From the NCBI GenBank assembly GCA_945871895.1, contig CAMBXP010000004.1, positions 1-55,142 on the forward strand: a stretch of DNA of 55,142 nt, written 5' to 3'. The stretch is from Chryseobacterium gleum. Its GTDB lineage: Bacteria; Bacteroidota; Bacteroidia; Flavobacteriales_C; GCA-002722245. Made by a program: the position numbers and the translations under genes. Shown here in pieces: positions 43,467-51,863 of this stretch; position 1 is the first letter of the stretch; each line of letters opens with the position of its first letter. The notes beneath the pieces were generated by a model. It saw nothing but the letters and a program-made list of their open reading frames with translations, searched no databases and was not told the origin of the DNA.

Positions 43467-44444
43467 TTACTTACTTCTTTCGGTGCTAAAAATAACCAAA
43501 TCTATGAATGATTGTCGCGATGGAGAATCTGGAAAAGTATTTAATATTTCAATCGCCTCTTCTCTATATTTCATCATCTTTTCGCGCGCATAATTTAAGC
43601 CACCATTGTCTTTTACCTTTTGAATCAATTCTTTCACTCTAGCAGAATCTTCGTTGTGATTTTTAACAGTATTAATCATCCAATTCTTTTCACTGCGTGA
43701 TACTTTATTCAAAGTATAAATCAAGGGTAAAGTCATCTTTCTTTCTTTGATATCTATACCTACCGGCTTACCTAAAATACTTAATTGCGCTTCATAATCG
43801 AACAAATCATCTTTAATTTGAAAGGCGATACCCACCTTCTCTCCTAGCACTTTCATCTTTTGCACCATCTCAACATTTGCGCCTGCAGATGACGCTCCAG
43901 TAGCACAACATGAAGCAATAAGCGTAGCTGTTTTCTGCCGAATAATTTCGAAATACACTGCTTCGTCAATATCTAATCTTCGGGCTTTTTCTATTTGTAA
44001 CAATTCACCTTCACTCATCTCTTTGGTAGCCGCAGAAAGGATTTTAAGAAAATCGAAATCATCGTTATCGGCTGATAGTTGTAAGCTTTTGGATAGTAAA
44101 TAATCACCCACTAACACCGCAATCTTGTTTTTCCAAAGTGCATTGATGGAGAAAAATCCTCTCCGAATTGTCGAATCATCTACCACATCATCGTGCACCA
44201 AAGTAGCTGTATGAATCATCTCCACCAAAGCAGCAGCGCGGTAGGTGCGCTCGTTGGTTCCGCCACATAAATTGGCAGAAAGAAAAACAAACATGGGACG
44301 CACATGCTTACCTTTTTGCTTAACTATGAAATAGGTGATTTTATCTAACAGCGGAGTTGAACTCTTCATTGACTGACGAAAAGTTTTCTCAAACTGCTCC
44401 ATTTCCTTAAGAATAGGAGCTTGTATGGAAGAGATAGAAATCAT
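43467..44444 (-). CDS. Polyprenyl diphosphate synthase (long-chain, IspB-like)
   Basis: First and second Asp-rich motifs LVHDDVVDD and FQIKDDLFD. ORF 43467..44471 trimmed to ATG 44444 (MISISSIQAPILKEMEQF) because the extension runs into an intercistronic hairpin. Confidence 0.85.
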   Translation of the reverse strand: MISISSIQAPILKEMEQFEKTFRQSMKSSTPLLDKITYFIVKQKGKHVRPMFVFLSANLCGGTNERTYRAAALVEMIHTATLVHDDVVDDSTIRRGFFSINALWKNKIAVLVGDYLLSKSLQLSADNDDFDFLKILSAATKEMSEGELLQIEKARRLDIDEAVYFEIIRQKTATLIASCCATGASSAGANVEMVQKMKVLGEKVGIAFQIKDDLFDYEAQLSILGKPVGIDIKERKMTLPLIYTLNKVSRSEKNWMINTVKNHNEDSARVKELIQKVKDNGGLNYAREKMMKYREEAIEILNTFPDSPSRQSFIDLVIFSTERSK

Positions 44445-44479
44445 TGAGCCGTGAAAATACACAATTTTCACGGCTCAAT
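44443..44479 (-). terminator. Perfect 16-bp intercistronic hairpin between rlmN and the polyprenyl synthase gene
   Basis: ATTGAGCCGTGAAAAT-ACACA-ATTTTCACGGCTCAAT. The downstream arm (minus sense) contains the ATG at 44444-44442. The following U-tract is poor (GAUUUCU). Confidence 0.5.
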
Positions 44480-44515
44480 TATATTTAATGAAATTCTAGC
44501 AATTGATAAAATCAA

Positions 44516-45553
44516 TTAATGCTTGTTTGCCAGCTGTCCGCAAGCAGCATCAATGTCTTTTCCCCTACTCCTTCTTACATTAACCACTAAGTTTTTACTT
44601 TCTAAGTAGGTTGAGAAACGCTTTAATCTTTCGGAAGTAGTTTGCTGAAATTCACCATCTTCGATGGGATTGTATTCGATGATGTTGATCTTACAAGGGA
44701 TATTTTTTGCAAAGCGCGCCAAGTCGGCAGCATCTTCTATGCCGTCGTTGAAATCTTTAAAAACAATAAACTCAAATGTTGGCCGAGTGCCCGTTTTTTC
44801 GTGGAAATAAGTGAGTGCCGCCGTTAAGGATTCCAAAGAGTTTTGCTCATTGATAGGCATTATCTTATTTCGTTTCTCATCATTAGCCGCGTGCAGCGAT
44901 AAAGCCAAATTGAATTTCACCTCATCGTCTCCTAGCTTTTGAATCATCTTTGCTACACCCGCTGTAGAAACAGTAATACGTTGCGGCGACATGCCCAAAC
45001 CTTCAGAAGAAGTAATTTTTTCTATGGAAGCCAAAGTGTTTTTGTAATTCAGCAAAGGCTCACCCATGCCCATATACACAATGTTGGTAAGGGGTAAATT
45101 GTATTTTTCCATGGCCTGATTTTTAATCAGCACTACTTGATCGTAAATCTCATCAAACTCAATGTTTCGTTCCCTCTTCATTCTTCCCGTTGCACAAAAC
45201 TTACAGGTTAAACTACAGCCTACTTGAGAAGAAATACAAGCAGTCATTCGAGAATCGGTAGGAATTAAAACGCCTTCTACAATAAAGCCATCGTGGAGTT
45301 TAAATGCATTTTTAATGGTGCGATCGCTGCTTATTTGACATTTGTGAATTTGAACCGCCGGAATAAAAAACTTCTCTTTCAGTTGAGCACGAAGCGGAAT
45401 AGACAAGCTCGTCATTTCATCAAAAGAAGTCACCGATTTTTTCCACAACCATTCGTACACTTGCTTAGCGCGAAAGGACTTTTCACCAAAAGAAATAAAA
45501 CTTTCTTTAAGCTCATCTGGCGATAAATGTCGTATGTTTTGAGGAGTGCTCAC
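44516..45553 (-). CDS. rlmN: 23S rRNA/tRNA (adenine-C2)-methyltransferase RlmN (radical SAM)
   Basis: CxxxCxxC radical-SAM motif (GCSLTCKFCATG). FRAKQVYEWLW N-terminal block. GMGEPLLN. C-terminal CGQL. The track ORF extends to 45607 through a palindromic element. I prefer GTG 45553 (VSTPQNIRHLSPDELKE). Confidence 0.9.
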   Translation of the reverse strand: MSTPQNIRHLSPDELKESFISFGEKSFRAKQVYEWLWKKSVTSFDEMTSLSIPLRAQLKEKFFIPAVQIHKCQISSDRTIKNAFKLHDGFIVEGVLIPTDSRMTACISSQVGCSLTCKFCATGRMKRERNIEFDEIYDQVVLIKNQAMEKYNLPLTNIVYMGMGEPLLNYKNTLASIEKITSSEGLGMSPQRITVSTAGVAKMIQKLGDDEVKFNLALSLHAANDEKRNKIMPINEQNSLESLTAALTYFHEKTGTRPTFEFIVFKDFNDGIEDAADLARFAKNIPCKINIIEYNPIEDGEFQQTTSERLKRFSTYLESKNLVVNVRRSRGKDIDAACGQLANKH

Positions 45554-45597
45554 GGCACAAAGGTAATGGTTAATAACAAAACAAGGTAAATATTTTT

Positions 45598-45658
45598 GTA
45601 GGGGCACCTCTTGCAGGTGCCCATAATGGTGTTGGGCACCCGCAAGGGGCGCCCCTAC
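45598..45658. repeat. REPIN-like inverted doublet GTAGGGGCACCTCTTGCAGGTGCCC / 11-nt spacer / GGGCACCCGCAAGGGGCGCCCCTAC
   Basis: The 25-nt arms are complementary at 22/25 positions. It lies in the divergent rlmN-dnaG intergenic region. TATTTTTG (45591-45598) abuts its left end. Confidence 0.8.
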
Positions 45659-45694
45659 TTTCCCAATAGTAATTTAATTCATACTTTTAGGGCC

Positions 45695-47632
45695 GTGATT
45701 CCAAAGGAAACCATAGATAAGATATTTGAAGAAGCCCGCATTGAAGAAGTGATTGGGGAGTTTGTGAATTTAAAAAAAGCGGGCACTAACTATAAAGGAT
45801 TGAGCCCGTTTGTGAATGAGAAGAGTCCGTCCTTCGTAGTTTCCCCAGCCAAACAAATTTTTAAAGATTTCTCTTCTGGCAAAGGCGGCAGCGTGGTTAC
45901 CTTCTTGATGGAGCACGAACATTTCACTTACCCGGAAGCATTGCGCTTTTTAGCCAAAAAGTACAATATTGAAATTCAGGAAGAAGAACAAAGTGCGGAG
46001 CAAATAGAGCAAGAAAACGAGAAAGAAGCGCTTTACCTCATTCATCAATTTGCCAGTACTTTATACAAAGACAATCTCACTTCATTGCAAGAAGGAAAAG
46101 CAATAGGAATGAGCTATTTCAAAGAAAGAGGCTTTACTTTAGAGACGATCAAAAAATTCGATTTAGGCTATTCTCCCGAAGACAAAAACTTCTTAGGATC
46201 TAAAGCCTTAGCTAAAGGTTATAGCAAAGATTTATTGATCAAATCAGGAATTTTATATGGCGACTATTTGGTGGATAGATTCGCGGCGAGGGTGATGTTT
46301 CCCATTCATAATTTAACAGGAAGGGTGATAGGATTTGGGGGTAGAACTTTAAAAACCGATAAATCTGTAGCGAAGTATGTAAATAGTCCGGAAACAGATA
46401 TTTACCACAAAAGCAAAGTGCTTTACGGCATTTCGCAAGCGAAGAAAAACATTATTAAAAACGACAGATGTTTTTTGGTAGAAGGATATACCGACGTGAT
46501 TTCCATGCATCAAGCCGGAGTGGAAAACGTGGTTGCTTCATCGGGAACCGCTTTAACAGTGGAGCAAATTCGCTTGATCAAACGATTCACCGAAAACATC
46601 ACTGTTCTTTTTGATGGTGATGCAGCAGGAATTCGCGCAGCATTTCGTGGTATCGATATGATTTTGGAAGAAGGCTTGAATGTAAAAGTGATTTTGTTTC
46701 CCGACGGTGAAGACCCGGATTCATTTTCACAAAAAAAATCGCCCGAGGAGTTGATGAACTTCTTGAATGACGCCACCGATTTCATTCATTTCAAGTGCAA
46801 AATATTGTTGCAAGAAGCAGGTGGAGATCCTATTAAAAAGGCCGAATTAATTAGAGATATCGTTACTTCAGTGGCGAAAATTCCCGACCCAATTAAACGT
46901 ACGGTTTTTACACAAGAGACCAGCAGATTAATGGATATTAGTGAGCAAACCTTGCTCAATGAATTGAATAAAATTAGAGCTAAAGATTTAAGCAACGCGA
47001 ATAAAAAAGTAAGAGGTCCGGAAGCCTTTTCAGAACCTGCGCCCAAGGATTTACCTCCTGAATACGCGCACTTAGCCGATGCATCAGTTGTTGAAGAAAA
47101 CCAAAACGACAAAGCCTTTCAAGAACAAGAAAGCGAACTAATGCGCATTTTGTTGCAATATGGCACCAAAGAAATAAAAGTAGATGGAGTAGATGAAGAA
47201 GAAGTAATTATCTCTGTAGCCGATTTTATTGTTTTATCGATGGATGAAGACAACCTTTCTTTCGAAAACCCTATTTACCAAGGTATTTTCAACGAATATA
47301 AAAAACAAATAGAAGATGGAAACATCCCCAATGAAAAGCATTTTTTAAATTCTCACGATACCGAATTAAATGCTGCTGTAATTAATTTAATGGATTTTAA
47401 ATACGAATTGTTCGACTGGGAAAAGCACAATATTTTTGTTAAAACCGAAGAAGATTTGTTAATGAAAGCCGTTGATACCGCTGTGCATCGTGTAAAGTTG
47501 GCCAACGTTCAAAAAAACATAGAAGCCCTCTCCCTTAAATCGAAAGTAGAATGTAATGACGACGACATTTTATTATTGATGCGTTACCATGAAATCAAGA
47601 AGGTACTAACCAAAGTATTAGGTAGAAGCTAA
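45695..47632 (+). CDS. dnaG: DNA primase DnaG
   Basis: Zn-finger region (NYKGLSPFVNEKSPSFVVSPAKQIFKDFSSGKGG). RNA-polymerase core (RVMFPIHNLTGRVIGFGGR). TOPRIM (LVEGYTDVISMHQAG ... LFDGDAAGIRAA). Start moved to GTG 45695 (V/M-IPKETIDKIFEEARIEEVI); the track extension crosses the palindromic element. Confidence 0.9.
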   Translation: MIPKETIDKIFEEARIEEVIGEFVNLKKAGTNYKGLSPFVNEKSPSFVVSPAKQIFKDFSSGKGGSVVTFLMEHEHFTYPEALRFLAKKYNIEIQEEEQSAEQIEQENEKEALYLIHQFASTLYKDNLTSLQEGKAIGMSYFKERGFTLETIKKFDLGYSPEDKNFLGSKALAKGYSKDLLIKSGILYGDYLVDRFAARVMFPIHNLTGRVIGFGGRTLKTDKSVAKYVNSPETDIYHKSKVLYGISQAKKNIIKNDRCFLVEGYTDVISMHQAGVENVVASSGTALTVEQIRLIKRFTENITVLFDGDAAGIRAAFRGIDMILEEGLNVKVILFPDGEDPDSFSQKKSPEELMNFLNDATDFIHFKCKILLQEAGGDPIKKAELIRDIVTSVAKIPDPIKRTVFTQETSRLMDISEQTLLNELNKIRAKDLSNANKKVRGPEAFSEPAPKDLPPEYAHLADASVVEENQNDKAFQEQESELMRILLQYGTKEIKVDGVDEEEVIISVADFIVLSMDEDNLSFENPIYQGIFNEYKKQIEDGNIPNEKHFLNSHDTELNAAVINLMDFKYELFDWEKHNIFVKTEEDLLMKAVDTAVHRVKLANVQKNIEALSLKSKVECNDDDILLLMRYHEIKKVLTKVLGRS

Positions 47633-47733
47633 TTTTGCATTTTCTGCAAAATATTTCCTTTCAATTGCAACATTCAGTTTAAAAACACTTTAAATCTGAT
47701 TCATTTTTGTGCCGTAACTAACGACAACTAAAA

Positions 47734-48831
47734 ATGGAATTACAATTTAACATTGCAGCAGAAAAAAGAGTGGTGGAAGAAATTTCACAGCTCCTGATTT
47801 CTAAAGATAACGTTAAAACAAAACCAGAAAAAAGAAGCAGAAGCAACACTATTAAATACGACCTTTCCGAAAAAGCGAAATACAAAATACTTCCGCACTA
47901 CAACACTGAAATAAGAAAAGAGATTTTAAAAGACATTAGTATCGATGAATTGCAAAACAGCAATGAAACACTAAACCAAGAAGTATCAAATCTTTTAAAA
48001 GAAGTAACCGAATTTAAACATGTTGATTTATACGCCTCTGAATGGCACGCCTTCACGGCATTAAGTGAATACTACAAAAAAGAAGCGCCCAACAAACTCA
48101 TTGTGGTTTTGGGCGAACATGAATTCCCTGTTTCCCCTAACTATCTATATATACAGCAGCTATGCGATTTAAAAGCAATACTTAAAAATCCACAACGCAT
48201 AGCTGCTATTCTTCTCGACCCCTTTTTTTTCATACATAGAACTGCGAATTACTTCAGCAGAATCGACACCCTAAGAAAGCAATGCTCTGGGAGCGGCATC
48301 CATTTTATTCTCGATGAAAGGAAAACAGCCGCACGAATTCACCTGAAAGGAATGAATTTCATCTTTCAGTTTAAAGCAGACGCCATACTATTTGGCGGAA
48401 ATTTCACCAATGGCATCCCCCTCGGTGCCATCGCTAGCGCTAGCAGCATAACAGGCGATTCTCCCCTACCCGGCGCGTATGCTCCCTCTAGTTTAGCACT
48501 TATGGCATGTAAAAAAATAACAGAGAAATTCATTGAATTGGGCAATGTTTACCATACGCAGCAAAATATCAAAGCCAACCGATTTACAGAAAAAGTGAAT
48601 CAATATTTTCCTAAGAAAAAACTAAAAGCAACACTCCACAATTTTGGAACGATACTATGGCTAAGTGATACAGCACGAATTAGTTTGCCAGGGAGATTAA
48701 GAGCCCAAGGGATATTTTCGCCTAACACCTCCATAATGTACCTTCCCTCCTCTTTAGATGTGAAAGAATTTAGCGATTTAGCGCATCGCATCTCTCTTGC
48801 AATAAAAAAACCGTCGCGACGAAAATCGTGA
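47734..48831 (+). CDS. Class-III aminotransferase-fold (GSA-aminomutase-like) protein lacking the PLP Schiff-base lysine
   Basis: Collinear blocks: IAAILLDPF; HFILDERKT (cf. IFDEVMTGFR); ADAILFGGNFTNGIPLGAIA (cf. DL..LGK.IGGG.P.GA.GG); PGAYAPSSLALMAC (cf. AGT.SGNPLAMAAG). Gly occupies the catalytic Lys position. The N-terminal ~100 aa are unrelated. Confidence 0.55.
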   Translation: MELQFNIAAEKRVVEEISQLLISKDNVKTKPEKRSRSNTIKYDLSEKAKYKILPHYNTEIRKEILKDISIDELQNSNETLNQEVSNLLKEVTEFKHVDLYASEWHAFTALSEYYKKEAPNKLIVVLGEHEFPVSPNYLYIQQLCDLKAILKNPQRIAAILLDPFFFIHRTANYFSRIDTLRKQCSGSGIHFILDERKTAARIHLKGMNFIFQFKADAILFGGNFTNGIPLGAIASASSITGDSPLPGAYAPSSLALMACKKITEKFIELGNVYHTQQNIKANRFTEKVNQYFPKKKLKATLHNFGTILWLSDTARISLPGRLRAQGIFSPNTSIMYLPSSLDVKEFSDLAHRISLAIKKPSRRKS

Positions 48832-48870
48832 CGGTTTGCTAACAACTTCTTTTTCAATAATAACAATACA

Positions 48871-49162
48871 CCAGTGCGTCATTGCGAAAATTTTGTACTC
48901 AAAATTAAAGCAATCTTTTTACTGATTATCCGCAATTTTACCTTTAAGCTTAATTGGGCCTCATCCCCATCCCTTCTCCAAAAGAGAAGGGTGACTAGGT
49001 GTAAAAAGCATTTTTAAGCAGTGGCTTCCTTCTCCTTTGGAGAAGGGCTGGGGATGAGGCCACTTTTAGAAATGATTTAAATGGTACAATTGCGCACAAC
49101 CATTTAATGAATAATGAGATTGCTTTAATTTTGAGTACAAAATTTTCGCAATGACGCACTGG
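48871..49162. repeat. 292-bp nested palindromic (MITE-like) element with perfect 45-bp terminal inverted repeats
   Basis: 48871-48915 CCAGTGCGTCATTGCGAAAATTTTGTACTCAAAATTAAAGCAATC is the exact reverse complement of 49118-49162. The inner arms 48957-48991 and 49028-49061 (GGCCTCATCCCCATCCCTTCTCC...) are also complementary, and each is self-pairing. Confidence 0.85.
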
Positions 49163-49211
49163 GGGCGAATAAAAATCGAGATACCTTTAATAACGATACA
49201 TGATAAATCAA

Positions 49212-50912
49212 TCAAAACCTAACATCTTTCACCTCCAACTGCAAACTCACCTTATTTTTCCAATGGTTTTCGTTAATCGAAAAACAAGCTCTAAATATAT
49301 TTCCCGATGAAATTTGTTTTGCAAATTGTGCCTGACGAAAGGCGATTGCTGGAAATTTTTTGGATGTATTTTGAATTGAACTCAATTCTAATTTTAAATG
49401 TTCTTGCCCCAAAACACTGCATTCTCCGTTGTTGATGAAATCGGTGGAAGAAAAAATTGGTGTTTCGTTGCCCGGACCGACAGGCTCGAATTGTTTGAGT
49501 ATGCGGTGAAATTTTTCGTCGATATCGTTGATAGATAATTCATCTTCCACCATGATTTTTGCTTGTAATAATTCGTGAGGAATTGAAGCTGAAACCACCT
49601 CTTCGAACTTTGCTTTAAACGCAGGATAATCTTCTGCTTTCATCGTCATTCCAGCAGCATGATCGTGTCCGCCATACTGTTCCAATAAATCTGCACATTG
49701 CTCAATCGCGGCCAAAATATTAAAGCCTTTTACCGAACGTGCGCTGCCTGTAATTTTTCCATCTGCTTCGGTAAAAACCAAAGTGGGACGGTAATATTTT
49801 TCTTGCAAACGAGACGCTACAATACCCACCACACCTTTGTGCCATGAAGAATTGAAAACTACCGAAGTACATTTTTCTTCTTCACCAATTAACAATTGCA
49901 AGGCTTCTTCTGTAATCGATTTTTCAATGCTTTTTCTTTCTTCATTATAGCTGTCGATGGCAGAACCAATATCATCGCGCATTTGTTTATCTGAACTCAC
50001 TAACAATTCTACAATCTCGCTTCCGCTGTATAATCTTCCGGCGGCGTTAATGCGCGGACCGATACCAAAGCCTATATCACTCATCGTGAGTTCGCCTCCT
50101 TTTCGTTTGGCAATGGCTATAATGGTTTGCAATCCAGGAGAAGGATTGCGATTTAATTTCTGCAAACCATAATAAGCCAAAACCCTGTTTTCACCAACAA
50201 TAGGAACAATATCTGCACCTATGCTCACCGCCAATAAATCGAGATAACGCAAGTATTCTTCTTTCTCCAATTCATTCTTTTCGCAATAAGCTTGAATCAA
50301 TTTGAAACCAACTCCTGCTCCCGACAAATGTTTGCAAGGATACGCGCAATCTTTTCTTTTGGGATTAAGCAGTGCCACAGCATCGGGCAAAATTTCTCCA
50401 GGTTGATGATGATCGCAAACAATATAATCTATTCCTTTTTCTTTTGCTGAAGCAATTTTATCTACCGATTTGGTACCACAATCTAAAGAGATGATTAAAG
50501 TGAAATTATTTTCTGCAGCAAAATCAATAGAATCATTAGAGATACCATAGCCCTCTTTATATCTATCGGGAATATAAAACGACAAATTATCAGTGAGATT
50601 TTTGAGGAACAAATACATCATCGAAACCGCTGTTGTGCCATCCACATCGTAATCGCCAAACACCAATATCTTTTCATTTTTTTGAAGAGCCAATTCTAAT
50701 CGAGCCACCGCCTTATCCATATCCTTCATTAAAAAAGGATCATGAAGAAATTCTAAGTTAGGTCGAAAAAAGGTTTTTGCTTCTTCAAAATTGGTAATAC
50801 CTCTATTCAACAACAACTGGGCTAAAACAGGATGTATCCCCAAGCGTTTTGCTAATTCCTCCTTTTGAGCCGAAGAGTGCGAAGAGATATTAATCCACTG
50901 TTTGTTTAACAT
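49212..50912 (-). CDS. recJ: Single-stranded-DNA-specific exonuclease RecJ
   Basis: DHH motifs (VFGDYDVDGTT, SLDCG, VCDHHQP) and DHHA1 (GGHDHAAG). 566 aa. Confidence 0.9.
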   Translation of the reverse strand: MLNKQWINISSHSSAQKEELAKRLGIHPVLAQLLLNRGITNFEEAKTFFRPNLEFLHDPFLMKDMDKAVARLELALQKNEKILVFGDYDVDGTTAVSMMYLFLKNLTDNLSFYIPDRYKEGYGISNDSIDFAAENNFTLIISLDCGTKSVDKIASAKEKGIDYIVCDHHQPGEILPDAVALLNPKRKDCAYPCKHLSGAGVGFKLIQAYCEKNELEKEEYLRYLDLLAVSIGADIVPIVGENRVLAYYGLQKLNRNPSPGLQTIIAIAKRKGGELTMSDIGFGIGPRINAAGRLYSGSEIVELLVSSDKQMRDDIGSAIDSYNEERKSIEKSITEEALQLLIGEEEKCTSVVFNSSWHKGVVGIVASRLQEKYYRPTLVFTEADGKITGSARSVKGFNILAAIEQCADLLEQYGGHDHAAGMTMKAEDYPAFKAKFEEVVSASIPHELLQAKIMVEDELSINDIDEKFHRILKQFEPVGPGNETPIFSSTDFINNGECSVLGQEHLKLELSSIQNTSKKFPAIAFRQAQFAKQISSGNIFRACFSINENHWKNKVSLQLEVKDVRF

Positions 50913-50976
50913 GATGTAAAAGTAAAAAATAGTAGAGAAGATTTTTATTAAATTCGCGCTATCAAAAACGGCAGTA

Positions 50977-51852
50977 ATGAAAATCGGTATCGTTCAACAA
51001 TCCAATAGCGGCAACATTTCGCAAAACATCGAAAAGTTGGAAAAAAACATTCGCGAATGTGCAGCAAAAGGTGCTCAATTGGTGGTTTTACAGGAGCTAC
51101 ACAATGCCCTGTATTTCTGTCAGACTGAGGATACCAATCAATTCGATTTAGCGGAAAATATTCCTGGTCCGTCTACTGATAGGTTTGGAAAACTAGCGAA
51201 AGAACTAGGTATTGTACTGGTCACTTCATTATTTGAAAAACGTGCTGCAGGTTTATATCATAACACTTCAGTGGTTTTTGAAAAAGATGGTTCTATCGCA
51301 GGAAAATATCGCAAAATGCATATTCCTGATGATCCAGCTTACTACGAAAAATTTTATTTTACTCCTGGCGATTTAGGATTTGAACCCATACCAACTTCTT
51401 TAGGAAAATTAGGTGTTTTGATTTGCTGGGATCAATGGTACCCAGAAGCGGCGCGATTGATGGCTTTAGCTGGAGCTGAATTGCTGATTTACCCAACCGC
51501 AATTGGCTGGGAATCGAGCGACAAAGAAGAAGAAAAACAACGACAATTGAATGCTTGGGTGAGTGTACAACGCGGACACGCAGTAGCTAACGGATTGCAC
51601 GTTATTTCTGTTAATCGTGTGGGACATGAAGCAGATCCCTCAGGAGTTACCAATGGTATTCAATTTTGGGGAAATAGTTTTGTTGCTGGTCCGCAAGCAG
51701 AATTGATCCATACCGCAAGCAACGACAAAGAAGAAAATATTGTTTTAGAGATAAACATGAAACGCTCAGAGCAAGTGCGGCGCATTTGGCCTTTTTTCCG
51801 CGACCGTAGAATTGATGCTTTTCAAGATTTAACAAAAAGATTTAGAGATTAA
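50977..51852 (+). CDS. aguB: N-carbamoylputrescine amidase (carbon-nitrogen hydrolase family)
   Basis: Glu-Lys-Cys catalytic blocks (VVLQELHN, YRKMHIPDDPAYYEKFYFTPGD, GVLICWDQWYPEAAR, LIYPTAIGWE) collinear with AguB-type nitrilase-superfamily enzymes. Confidence 0.8.
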   Translation: MKIGIVQQSNSGNISQNIEKLEKNIRECAAKGAQLVVLQELHNALYFCQTEDTNQFDLAENIPGPSTDRFGKLAKELGIVLVTSLFEKRAAGLYHNTSVVFEKDGSIAGKYRKMHIPDDPAYYEKFYFTPGDLGFEPIPTSLGKLGVLICWDQWYPEAARLMALAGAELLIYPTAIGWESSDKEEEKQRQLNAWVSVQRGHAVANGLHVISVNRVGHEADPSGVTNGIQFWGNSFVAGPQAELIHTASNDKEENIVLEINMKRSEQVRRIWPFFRDRRIDAFQDLTKRFRD

Positions 51853-51863
51853 AAAATACGAAT

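Noticed and set aside
45554-45694. Long N-terminal extensions of rlmN (to 45607) and dnaG (from 45611) given by the ORF track.
   Set aside because: Both extensions are translations of the GC-rich palindromic doublet and have no similarity to the conserved N-termini of the families. In-frame GTG codons at 45553 and 45695 reproduce the canonical N-termini.
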